Origin: a virus | Taxonomy: Duplodnaviria; Caudoviricetes | DNA length: 64,000 bases | IMG/VR virus record: IMGVR_UViG_3300021431_004083 | Coordinates: 160,001-224,000 of that record | Direction: 5' to 3' (one strand) | Shown here: positions 9,399-18,514 of the stretch, in pieces | Position numbering within the stretch: the stretch's first letter is position 1 | How the letters are laid out: each line of letters starts with the position of its first letter | Notes under the pieces: model-generated | Databases searched by the model: none | Told to the model about the DNA's origin: nothing | The model's input: only the letters and a program-made list of their open reading frames with translations | Program-made: the position numbers and the translations under genes

Positions 9399-10565
9399 TT
9401 ACCAATCACTTGTGAAGCTATTACACTCGCCGAACAGACCTTCGTCTGTCAGCTGACTGATTTTGTAACCATCATCCGTTTTCTTTAAAATAATGTTAGA
9501 AAAACGAGTCATATCCTGATTCCAGTCAGCGAGCTTATAATGCCACGCAAGCTTATAACCGAAATTCACGAGAATCAAATCGTCAGTGATATATTGAACG
9601 GTTCCGTCAGGACGAGCTTGTACAGTAACCATATTGAACTTATCGTTACCGCTCGAACCTTGGTTGCTCATACTCTTGAAGCCGTCAACGATACGTGTTG
9701 CAATATCGGGGTCAGCGTCAGAAGAAAGGTAAGAATTCAACAAATCATTCGCGTTCTTACCGTCAAGCCAGTCTTTATACATGGCATTCCATGTATCCTT
9801 AATATACGTAAATATTTTATCTTTCTCAGCTGCTTCCACGTCATAAAACAGCATATAAGTATCCTCACCTTTACTCGCGAGCTCATTATTCGCTGTCGTC
9901 GGCAACGATTTCTCAATCGTGTAATTCGGACAGGTGAGCTTCACATTAACGCCCTTTTTTCCGACATAAGGCAACGTCCAATCACAAGACGTACCGCAAC
10001 CCCCGGTATTGGACTTTGAAACGAATTCCGGACCGACGGTTTTGCCGTTGACGGTAACTGCCACCTTTCCCGGTGTTCTGAACGAATAATTCTGATAATA
10101 AAAATCAGAAGTATCGACCTTCCACTCATTCTTATCATTCAACACCGTGTTGATTTGAACATGAGCGACCTCAGTCTCGTCCTTCATACAAGCAGCTGTA
10201 ACGACACTGTGGTCGTCACCGGACTTATAAGAAGATGATAAGTCCACTGTCGTGTCCCGCACAGACTCATCTGTCAAATCAGCAAACGAACTTCTCGGCA
10301 AGGCAAACTCAATATCTTCGTCTGACAAAAATGCCTTATCAGCGTCAATATTCAGACACTGAATAACGGAAGCATAATCTTTTGCTTTAATAGCGTCGAC
10401 AAACGACCGTACAACCTCAACATCCTTAGATGTCTTAACTGCCTTTTCGTTTGCCGTAACAGAAGAACCTTCTGCAGGCTGCTCCTCTTTTGCCTTACCG
10501 CAAGCAACCAATGTACCGGCAGCGACTACGGCACACAAACCGAGCGCTAAAATCCTTTTTAACAT
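9399..10565 (-). CDS. Lipoprotein of unknown function
   Basis: Lipobox LVAC; strong RBS GAAAGGAAAGG. Confidence 0.8.
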   Translation of the reverse strand: MLKRILALGLCAVVAAGTLVACGKAKEEQPAEGSSVTANEKAVKTSKDVEVVRSFVDAIKAKDYASVIQCLNIDADKAFLSDEDIEFALPRSSFADLTDESVRDTTVDLSSSYKSGDDHSVVTAACMKDETEVAHVQINTVLNDKNEWKVDTSDFYYQNYSFRTPGKVAVTVNGKTVGPEFVSKSNTGGCGTSCDWTLPYVGKKGVNVKLTCPNYTIEKSLPTTANNELASKGEDTYMLFYDVEAAEKDKIFTYIKDTWNAMYKDWLDGKNANDLLNSYLSSDADPDIATRIVDGFKSMSNQGSSGNDKFNMVTVQARPDGTVQYITDDLILVNFGYKLAWHYKLADWNQDMTRFSNIILKKTDDGYKISQLTDEGLFGECNSFTSDW

Positions 10566-10792
10566 AAAACCTTTCCTTTCTTACTTAAGCTTTTTCTATA
10601 GCTTCTAAAATACGTTTTTTTAGAATCGTTAGGATTGACAATAGCTTCAACTCCGCCGAAACAGTCATAATCTTCAAGCTCGATGCTGTTGTTCATGCAC
10701 CACTGAGACACGATCAAATCATACTTATTGAACATCTCAGCGGCTCTTTTTCGCTTGTCGAGTGAATCTCTGATATAACGAGGAACCTCCAA
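10559..10792 (-). CDS. Small hypothetical protein (possible +1 frameshift in A7 run near 3' end)
   Basis: GAAAGGA RBS before TTG; alternative frame gives ...KRILEAIEKA*. Confidence 0.55.
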   Translation of the reverse strand: MEVPRYIRDSLDKRKRAAEMFNKYDLIVSQWCMNNSIELEDYDCFGGVEAIVNPNDSKKTYFRSYRKSLSKKGKVLC

Positions 10793-10925
10793 CAAAATCA
10801 ATCCTTTCACAGCAAAATTGTAACATAACACATAACAAATTGCAATAGTTTCTGACAAAAAAGACAGGGAGAAAATCTCCCTGTCAAACATCCTTTCATA
10901 TATAAATCATAAGCTGATTATATCA

Positions 10926-11543
10926 CTAACAATCAAACGAAGGGACGGCGTCGTCACAATCCTTCAAATCAGATACATCAGGCATACGTCGCTCGTCCTT
11001 CTGTTCCCCGAACTCTTCGGCCAAAGAATCAAAAAGAGATGTATCATCCAAAAAGGACTGAACGATATCAGATGGCGCAAAGCCTGTCCGCTCATAAAAA
11101 CAAGCCAAGCTGCCGCGCACAAGCGATTGCGAATCATAAGAAGACCGCCGCCACTCTTTTGTTGTATCAAAGACCGTATCAGGAGAATAAGCGGGTTCTT
11201 TATAAGAAGACAATGCTGTTTTGCAGCGAGCATCCTTTTTGATGACAGCCATATCAACATCACTATCATATCCGAAAACGCGAATCGCGTCAACAAACTC
11301 TCTTGTATTTTCATCAAGAACTCGACTCTTTTCCACAAGTCTCGCTTGAGATTCAACATAATGTCCGACGTAATCTGATAACTCAGTATCAGCACCACTG
11401 ATAACATTACCGATAGCTTTCTTAAACAAACGCATCTCGGCAAACATAACAGCATCAGATCGAGACAAACCGGAAGTTTGCATCTCATCCGCGCAATGCT
11501 CCATGATTCTCACCCACTCAGGGTTGATTTTCAAATTACCCAT
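10926..11543 (-). CDS. Hypothetical protein carrying C-terminal RRMP tag
   Basis: Long ORF, GAGGTG RBS, own TTGACA promoter. Confidence 0.75.
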   Translation of the reverse strand: MGNLKINPEWVRIMEHCADEMQTSGLSRSDAVMFAEMRLFKKAIGNVISGADTELSDYVGHYVESQARLVEKSRVLDENTREFVDAIRVFGYDSDVDMAVIKKDARCKTALSSYKEPAYSPDTVFDTTKEWRRSSYDSQSLVRGSLACFYERTGFAPSDIVQSFLDDTSLFDSLAEEFGEQKDERRMPDVSDLKDCDDAVPSFDC

Positions 11544-11606
11544 ATAACATACACACCTCAATATCATTCAACGAAAATTAATTTTTATATCATATTGTCA
11601 ATGTCC

Positions 11607-12380
11607 TCAGCAACAATCCCACGTGAGAACAGCCTTTTCAAAATTACGATTCTTCAGGTCGTTTTCGGACATCAGCGCACACAAAATGCCCGCGTCACCG
11701 ATATCAAATTTCTTCATATCAACACAGGAATCAAGCTTGAACAAACAAACATCCATTCCGTCAGCTTCTCTCGGACGGATATCCTCTTGTGTGAAATCAG
11801 CGTACCCACCAATTGTGACATAATTTCCGACAACATTGTTGTAGAAAATCTCGGAAGCACTTTTACCGTTTTCTTGCGAAAAAATGTCATTCAAACCAAA
11901 ATAACCTTTGATATCTTTCCCTGTAACCTGTTCCGTGATTTCCTCAACCAGATTGTCGCATCGATAGTCTGATATCGGCATGTACTCCATACCCTGCTTT
12001 GTATTGATTTTATAACCACGCAAGCAAACAAAGTCCTTGAAATTAATATAAGGCAAATCTGTTTGATATTTCTGATTCTCGGAATAGTATCTAACAACAC
12101 AATTCCATGGCCATGTGAGCGTTGCCGGAGCAAAAATTTCCAGAATACCGGTCTGTGGAAAATCTCGTACCAAAACGTCTTTACAGTTTATCTGGAGCAG
12201 CAACGCCATCGGCTCTCCGCTCTCATCGACAGGATATTTCTCCCCTACAGGGAGATACGGAACTCCGCCGATTTTATTATCAAGAATATCAGGGATTTCT
12301 TCCGTCACTTCAACGGCGCAGCAATTACGTTCCGTCTGTTTTTTATACGCATCAATGATTTGTTGTAATTGTTCATTCAT
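11607..12380 (-). CDS. YwqG/DUF1963-family protein
   Basis: NKIGGVPYLP...YP...G.PM.LLLQIN, IGGYADFTQEDIR, GDAG, C-terminal WDCC. Confidence 0.85.
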   Translation of the reverse strand: MNEQLQQIIDAYKKQTERNCCAVEVTEEIPDILDNKIGGVPYLPVGEKYPVDESGEPMALLLQINCKDVLVRDFPQTGILEIFAPATLTWPWNCVVRYYSENQKYQTDLPYINFKDFVCLRGYKINTKQGMEYMPISDYRCDNLVEEITEQVTGKDIKGYFGLNDIFSQENGKSASEIFYNNVVGNYVTIGGYADFTQEDIRPREADGMDVCLFKLDSCVDMKKFDIGDAGILCALMSENDLKNRNFEKAVLTWDCC

Positions 12381-13051
12381 ACTTCATCACAATCCTCTTC
12401 ATCGATGCGAGCAGTCGGACGTTGTTCAATCACAGCCAAATTGATATCATTCTGTAAACCTACAGGGTCATACTCTCGCCAACTGACAATAGACTTATTT
12501 TGGTCAAAAACCGCATGTATCTCATCATAGATATCTTCCCATCTATAAACACGAACGAGACCGTTTTCTTCACAATTGACGTCCGCATTGTGCGGCATAT
12601 CAAATAACAGCTTGAAAGGACAGCGAGAATTGATAACGTTATTTTTCCAATCGTCAATTATCACGTCACCCGCCAAAATCGACTTATCTCTTGTGACAAT
12701 AACGCTGTCCCAAGAAACAAACGGAAGATAAAATTGAAGCATCTCGAACTTCGGCTTTACATTCATATAATGCGTTGCCGTAGCAAAACGAACGTCATGT
12801 CCTTCTTCCATGAGACGTTTAATGACTGTATCGGCATTCGGCTTGAGACGAACTCTTCGCCACAGCTCTGAGCCTTTCAACGGAGCGTAGATTTCTTCAT
12901 CCGTCAAAGTCGGAAAAAACAATCTCATATCGAAATTGTTAATATTGGAAACCTTCACATCCAAATGGTGCTCCTCATTGAGCATTTCAACCCAGTATTT
13001 GAGTAAATCCCATACAACATCATCAATATCTACAAAAATTAACATACACAT
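12377..13051 (-). CDS. 5'(3')-deoxyribonucleotidase (NT5C, HAD family)
   Basis: FVDIDDV motif I, DKSILAGDVIIDD, LFDMPHN, RVYRWEDI. Confidence 0.88.
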   Translation of the reverse strand: MCMLIFVDIDDVVWDLLKYWVEMLNEEHHLDVKVSNINNFDMRLFFPTLTDEEIYAPLKGSELWRRVRLKPNADTVIKRLMEEGHDVRFATATHYMNVKPKFEMLQFYLPFVSWDSVIVTRDKSILAGDVIIDDWKNNVINSRCPFKLLFDMPHNADVNCEENGLVRVYRWEDIYDEIHAVFDQNKSIVSWREYDPVGLQNDINLAVIEQRPTARIDEEDCDEV

Positions 13052-13065
13052 TCACCTTTTTTAAT

Positions 13066-13278
13066 TTAGTCCAAACCGAGTGCGTTATACGGCACTTCGC
13101 AAATCTTTTCGCAATTAAAATCTTCACCTGTGTCTTTGCAGGTGATGACAAATACTGTTTCTGCTTTATCACGACGGGCCTTATGTTCAAATACACAATC
13201 AATTATGATATAGAACGACATCACAACAAAACAGATAACCAGAAGAGCAAGTATAATAAAGAAAACTGTAATAATCAT
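13066..13278 (-). CDS. Small single-TM protein
   Basis: N-terminal hydrophobic helix. Confidence 0.55.
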   Translation of the reverse strand: MIITVFFIILALLVICFVVMSFYIIIDCVFEHKARRDKAETVFVITCKDTGEDFNCEKICEVPYNALGLD

Positions 13279-13299
13279 TCTTTTACCCCACTCGTCAAA

Positions 13300-13760
13300 C
13301 AGGAAGATTGCGATACACATCTAACAACGTTTCATCAGGTTCATCTGTACAATCCAAATAACTGTCTGTCCTAACACCTGCGTTCAAAACAGCTCGATGG
13401 TCAACAAATTCATCAGTAGGGTATGACGGCTCACCCTGAGCATGTCTTATCACAGCTCCGTATCGTTCGGGACCAACACCACCAATAAGCATATATATCA
13501 ACTCCGTTTCTTTTTATAAAAATCGTCATCGATGCGAACCCAAACTGTCAAATATCACACACCAAAACCATTTTGATATGTATTGACTGCGTTTGCTCGC
13601 CGCTACTAACAGACAGATATCGACAGGACGTCATCTTTCATTGCCGAAGCCAACCATCCGCACCGATGCTTAGTCACGCCGTTGCACAGCTTCAGCTCCA
13701 TGCTCAGGCAAAAAATTATCAAGAACCGCGATAGACAAATTCGAACGTACCTTGGTTCTT
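13300..13760 (-). ncRNA. Candidate large structured ncRNA
   Basis: Promoter TTGATT-N17-TACAAT (13795-13767); long-range helix CCTGAGCATG/CATGCTCAGG (13699-13708 with 13435-13444); long G-U-containing hairpin 13534-13600; 3' end uncertain. Confidence 0.55.
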
Positions 13761-13810
13761 GATAATATTGTATCACATTCTCTCTCGAAAATCAAGGGTT
13801 TTTGCACATA

Positions 13811-14272
13811 TTACTCGATAGAAAAAGACAATGCATTAAACAACTTTTCAGCAAGCGCTTTATCGCAATTATAATCAACAAGGATATATGTATTATCACT
13901 GATAACACCAATGAACCCTGTAATATTGTTCGTACCGTCATTATATGTACGCTCATAACAATCACGCAAGCTCTTATGTGAAAAAACTGTGCCGGACGCC
14001 GAAATGGTCGACAGCAAAGAAGCCCCGTTTTCTTTTCCCATAAAAATGCCGCCTGCTACCTGTTTCGTCTCATCCGTCCCCTTAACTAAAAACGTCACGC
14101 CGTCGACATTACTCTGAGACAAATGATATCCGTCAGTATCAACCATCGATACATTAACAGAATCACCTGTTTCAACATTAAACGTATACGAACGACTCGT
14201 TGACGACGAACAAGCGACTAACGAAAAAACCAACACGAGCGCACACAAAGATAAACATACAATCCGTTTCAC
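13811..14272 (-). CDS. Lipoprotein of unknown function
   Basis: Lipobox LVAC after GTG start with AAGGA RBS. Confidence 0.75.
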   Translation of the reverse strand: MKRIVCLSLCALVLVFSLVACSSSTSRSYTFNVETGDSVNVSMVDTDGYHLSQSNVDGVTFLVKGTDETKQVAGGIFMGKENGASLLSTISASGTVFSHKSLRDCYERTYNDGTNNITGFIGVISDNTYILVDYNCDKALAEKLFNALSFSIE

Positions 14273-14363
14273 AACAACACACATCCTTAAAAAAAATATT
14301 GCCGAGGGAAAATACCCCTCGGCAATACTATAACATATCTTTATAATAAAATCAAGAAAACAA

Positions 14364-17156
14364 TTAGCGTGTAAATGTATAACCGTCTTTCTTGAAATAC
14401 GACAAATGGTTGCCGTTTTTGTCAAGCGCTCTTATCGTATAAGTACGAGTTTCACCTTTCGCGATAGACGTATCAAGATACTTAGTTTTCTTTATGTCCT
14501 CAAGCTTTGTCCACGAACCCTTATCGTTCTTATAATAGATACGATAAGACGCGGCGCCCTTGTATTTATCAAAGGACAACTCAAGTCCCTTAGATAAACT
14601 ACGAGCTTGAGTGATTTGTGGATAGAAAGACAACGCATAAGGTTCCCTGACGTCGCCAATACGATTACCCTTTGCGTTCAAGGCTGTAATACGATAATAA
14701 CGAACAGGGTCGTTTCTGTTTTCACTGTCGGTATAGGTGAGAGAAGACGTTGTTGTGAGCGTCTTATAAGAAACGCCGTCATAACTCCGCTCAACACGAT
14801 ACTTCGCAGCCTGCGGATAAAAACGCCAAACCAAAGTAGCCTTATTGGCAGCGATATCCTTAGCGGACCTCAAATAAGGGAAACGAGGACCAATAACAGA
14901 GGACTTTCCGTTAATCTTAACCAACTCCGGATACGACCAAGGATGACCTGTATAAATCTCATAACCCTTCGGGTCACCGTACACGGTTTTGTTTTTGTTC
15001 CAAATGGTCTTTACATTTTCACCGAAATTGATAGTACCGCCGTCAATCGCAATTGCGTTCATCTCACCTTCAATAACAGAATTCTTGATATTAAAAGTGA
15101 TATTAGCAGAACCGCCCCACTTAACACGAAGACCATGTGTACCGCCCTTGATATGCGTGTTTTCGATATTAACGGTTCCTTTAGCACCTGTATACGAATA
15201 AAAACCGCCATGACGTGTCACACGAGGTGTACCGTCATCAAGGTGACCTTCATTATAATATTCAGCGCGTTTATCTGTCACAGGCGTTGACTCAAAAAGA
15301 CCACCCTTGACATTCAAAGTACCATTCATGGTGGCATAAATACCGCCATGCTCAAAATCATGGTAATGACCGTCATAAATGTTCAGTGTACCTTCGCCGG
15401 AAACGCCCATAGCGGCGTTACCACCGAACATCTCACACGGCTTTTTATAACTAATATCATTTACGCCTTTTTCGGGAACACAAATAACGAGAGCATTACC
15501 CGCAGCAGTAATACCAGAGCTACCGTCTGAATCAACACACTTACCACCGACCAATCGATTGATAGCCGAATCGCAACCGTCGATATTGACACGAGAACAA
15601 CCATAAATATTAATACCATCAGTCCATCTTGTGTCATTACCGGAAAATTGACAATCTACAAAGGACGCTGAACGATAACAATTAACCGTAAAACCTGATA
15701 TTGACTCAGAACCAGAAGAAACCTCAACCTTACGATTTGTATCATTCACATTGATCGTACACCGCTTTATCTCAGCGTCCTTATTATCAGACAAACGACA
15801 AGAGAGATGAATGACATCGGTAGATTCAATACAAGATGCTGTGTAATCAATATACAAATCACACAACTCTATGTTGTCAAAAGAAACAATAGCATCAGTT
15901 GTAGAACTCTGACCAAAGGAAACACCGTCACGCTGCAACTTAAAAGATTCTGTCTTAGATTTATTACAACGCAACTTACCGTTTTTCACAAAGCCACCAT
16001 TTTCCAAAACAATAAGCTTAGTATCGTTACAAGTCAAAGTCTTACCGTTCAAATCAATCGTAACAGGACAATCAAAATGGACACGAGAACCCAACGCAGT
16101 ATTTGACAAAAGCTTAATGACAGGCTCACCATATTCGCCCTTATATGTCATCACCTTTTTATTTGCATTGCTTTCCGAAACATTATTACCTGCGTTGTTA
16201 TTAACAATGGCCTTTGCCGCAGCGTCAAACGACGTATAATAACGAACCGAAGATGGCTTGACTGAATTGGAATTCACATAAGTAACAGTGAATCCCGCTG
16301 CTTTACCTGTTGTCGCATTACCTGTTTTGTTTGTGTACACATCAGCTAATTTCTTATCAACAACAAACGCTGAATCGCCGAAATACGTACCCCTGTAGTT
16401 ATCGCCGCTTTTTCCTCGCAGCGTAAACTCATACTTAGTTCCCGAAGGCACATATTTGTTAAGAGCGGCTTTCTCAAGGTCAATCACACATGCGTAACGA
16501 TTATTGCCGACAGAAACATACTTATCAACAGCGCTTGAAATATTTACCCACACCTTTTTAGTGGGATTCCAAACGTGCGGTATGTAACCCTTAAAATGAG
16601 CACCATTGGCATAAGAATCATTAGCGTAAATTGCCATATACCACTTACCGTTTTTCGACTTTTCGCTCTTATCATTCAGTTTAACGAACTCGACCGAATC
16701 AGCCTTCGGTGTGGGCAGCCAATAAACATACTTTGTCAAATTACTATCCGTAATATGCTTCTTGGAAGAATTCAACGCTCTGACGTCATAACGAACACAA
16801 TAGCCCTCATTCGGGTACAAATGATAAGTCGAAGACAACGTCGTGAGATTTGCGTACGGAGACAATTCGGAAACATACATCGAATATGTCAGTTTACCGT
16901 TTTTCGCAGTAAGAGAACCCGGCGTCTTATCATAGGACTTCCAACCCGTCCAACTGCCGTCTTTCTTTTGGATACTGTAATAAAAACGATAATAACCCGC
17001 GTTCTTCACAGTCGATGTCGTCACGTCAAGACTATGACGATTCGCTGTCGCGTTTATCGACAAGACACTCGCCGCAGAATACGGCGTGATACCAACAGAT
17101 GCCAACATGATACACATAACCAGACACAAAACCAAACTTGCGACCTTTTTCCCCAT
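14364..17156 (-). CDS. Large secreted protein with central beta-helix-like region and FN3-like C-terminal domains
   Basis: Signal peptide; repeated GTLNIYDG/GTLNVKGG/GTVNIEN strands; ASYRIYYK...W...YTIRA FN3-like repeats. Confidence 0.75.
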   Translation of the reverse strand: MGKKVASLVLCLVMCIMLASVGITPYSAASVLSINATANRHSLDVTTSTVKNAGYYRFYYSIQKKDGSWTGWKSYDKTPGSLTAKNGKLTYSMYVSELSPYANLTTLSSTYHLYPNEGYCVRYDVRALNSSKKHITDSNLTKYVYWLPTPKADSVEFVKLNDKSEKSKNGKWYMAIYANDSYANGAHFKGYIPHVWNPTKKVWVNISSAVDKYVSVGNNRYACVIDLEKAALNKYVPSGTKYEFTLRGKSGDNYRGTYFGDSAFVVDKKLADVYTNKTGNATTGKAAGFTVTYVNSNSVKPSSVRYYTSFDAAAKAIVNNNAGNNVSESNANKKVMTYKGEYGEPVIKLLSNTALGSRVHFDCPVTIDLNGKTLTCNDTKLIVLENGGFVKNGKLRCNKSKTESFKLQRDGVSFGQSSTTDAIVSFDNIELCDLYIDYTASCIESTDVIHLSCRLSDNKDAEIKRCTINVNDTNRKVEVSSGSESISGFTVNCYRSASFVDCQFSGNDTRWTDGINIYGCSRVNIDGCDSAINRLVGGKCVDSDGSSGITAAGNALVICVPEKGVNDISYKKPCEMFGGNAAMGVSGEGTLNIYDGHYHDFEHGGIYATMNGTLNVKGGLFESTPVTDKRAEYYNEGHLDDGTPRVTRHGGFYSYTGAKGTVNIENTHIKGGTHGLRVKWGGSANITFNIKNSVIEGEMNAIAIDGGTINFGENVKTIWNKNKTVYGDPKGYEIYTGHPWSYPELVKINGKSSVIGPRFPYLRSAKDIAANKATLVWRFYPQAAKYRVERSYDGVSYKTLTTTSSLTYTDSENRNDPVRYYRITALNAKGNRIGDVREPYALSFYPQITQARSLSKGLELSFDKYKGAASYRIYYKNDKGSWTKLEDIKKTKYLDTSIAKGETRTYTIRALDKNGNHLSYFKKDGYTFTR

Positions 17157-17348
17157 AACATACATCCTTTCTGAAATAAAATAAAAAGGACACAAGAGCA
17201 ACAGGGAAATTGCAATTGTGCCCTCATAAACCATTTTATGTTAATTTTGCAGAAAAGTCAACAAAATTTTGGAAATTATTTATGCGAAAATGAACCAACT
17301 TATTCTCTTTTATTAAAAATACCCCGCAGACGTATCTGCGGGGTCATA

Positions 17349-18356
17349 TCAAACGTTGGCACCCATAATGAAATAACTGATGTCACAATCCTTCAGCATA
17401 ACATGAGGCCCGTCTGGTTTGTCAACAAGAACCGGCAGGTTGTCAAGGTAATACTCCAAAAAATTACCTGCCTTGAGCTTTACAATTATGTTCTGCGGAA
17501 TAAAAGCCTGCATCTTATTGCAAACAAATGGAAACGTCAGTTTGTAAAACTCACAAAGCTTAGAAGCGTATACAGAAACATTATCGAAGAAAACCTTATG
17601 AGACGGGTCATTACGCTGCAGCATAACAGCAGCAATAGGAGAAATATCCCTCGCCGTCTTAAAGAACAACATCATCAACTCATTACGGTCTTTCTCGTCA
17701 CGAGGAGACATATCCCTATCGTTTAAATACTTTACCGTAGCGTCAAACTGTTCCAATGCCCCCGCAATCGGGTCACCGTCTTTCAGATATACGCCGTTCG
17801 GCTCTTCGAGCAGGACATTCAAAGGGCTCTCGTTCCCTTTGACACGTCCGGGATATTCCGCAAATTCAGGAACAAACCACACACCCGCAATCTTGACGGC
17901 TTTTTCAACACGGCCAAGTTGACACTGACGTTTCGCAGCAGGAACAGACTTACCGTGCTTTTCCGCCCAATCAGAAAGCGGAACATAAAATGTCGCCTCG
18001 TTCATGAAAACATTGAAGACCGCATGGTCAAGAATAACCATAGGACAATCTGTTTTTCTATAAAGCTCGACGACATAATTGTCGTGAATCTGACTTTCTG
18101 TCATGTAATAGACAAAATCACTCTCGTCCCAACAAACAGGACCGTCTTCCGTTGCTAACGGACCAGTCCGCTGTTGTACAATCTCAGACAGATTGTCAGG
18201 GTCGCACAGAACTGCTCTCAAAAGCATTTCATCAAACTCGTACACCTTGCCATCCGGTGCGTACAGATAAAATCTGTCATTCTCAATACCGCACTCCTTT
18301 TCAAGCTCAGTGCGTTTACTTCTTAATACATAAAATTCAACTGCCACTCTACTCAT
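17349..18356 (-). CDS. Hypothetical protein with internal excisionase-like HTH
   Basis: PLSDWAEKHGKS...CQLGRVEKAVKIAGVWFVP. Confidence 0.6.
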   Translation of the reverse strand: MSRVAVEFYVLRSKRTELEKECGIENDRFYLYAPDGKVYEFDEMLLRAVLCDPDNLSEIVQQRTGPLATEDGPVCWDESDFVYYMTESQIHDNYVVELYRKTDCPMVILDHAVFNVFMNEATFYVPLSDWAEKHGKSVPAAKRQCQLGRVEKAVKIAGVWFVPEFAEYPGRVKGNESPLNVLLEEPNGVYLKDGDPIAGALEQFDATVKYLNDRDMSPRDEKDRNELMMLFFKTARDISPIAAVMLQRNDPSHKVFFDNVSVYASKLCEFYKLTFPFVCNKMQAFIPQNIIVKLKAGNFLEYYLDNLPVLVDKPDGPHVMLKDCDISYFIMGANV

Positions 18357-18514
18357 TCACTCCTTCTTTACTATAGTAGAGATTTTAATACAAAAATATT
18401 ATCGCAAACGTAAAATATAATCATGATTACATTTATATTTTAATCGAAAACGAAACTTTTGTCAAGAGGTTTTGCAAAAAAAAAAATCCCCTCGTAAGAG
18501 GGGACTTTAATATA

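Noticed and set aside
10586-10625. Phase variation or programmed frameshift at an A7 run
   Set aside because: Cannot be separated from a homopolymer sequencing error; the window has many long homopolymers
13325-13420. Hammerhead ribozyme from CTGATGA motifs
   Set aside because: No stem II followed by GAAA in the required arrangement
13710-13770. Promoter followed at once by hairpin + U run, read as a 55-nt sRNA (same layout at 14290-14330)
   Set aside because: More simply the terminator of the upstream gene, with the next TSS falling inside its left arm
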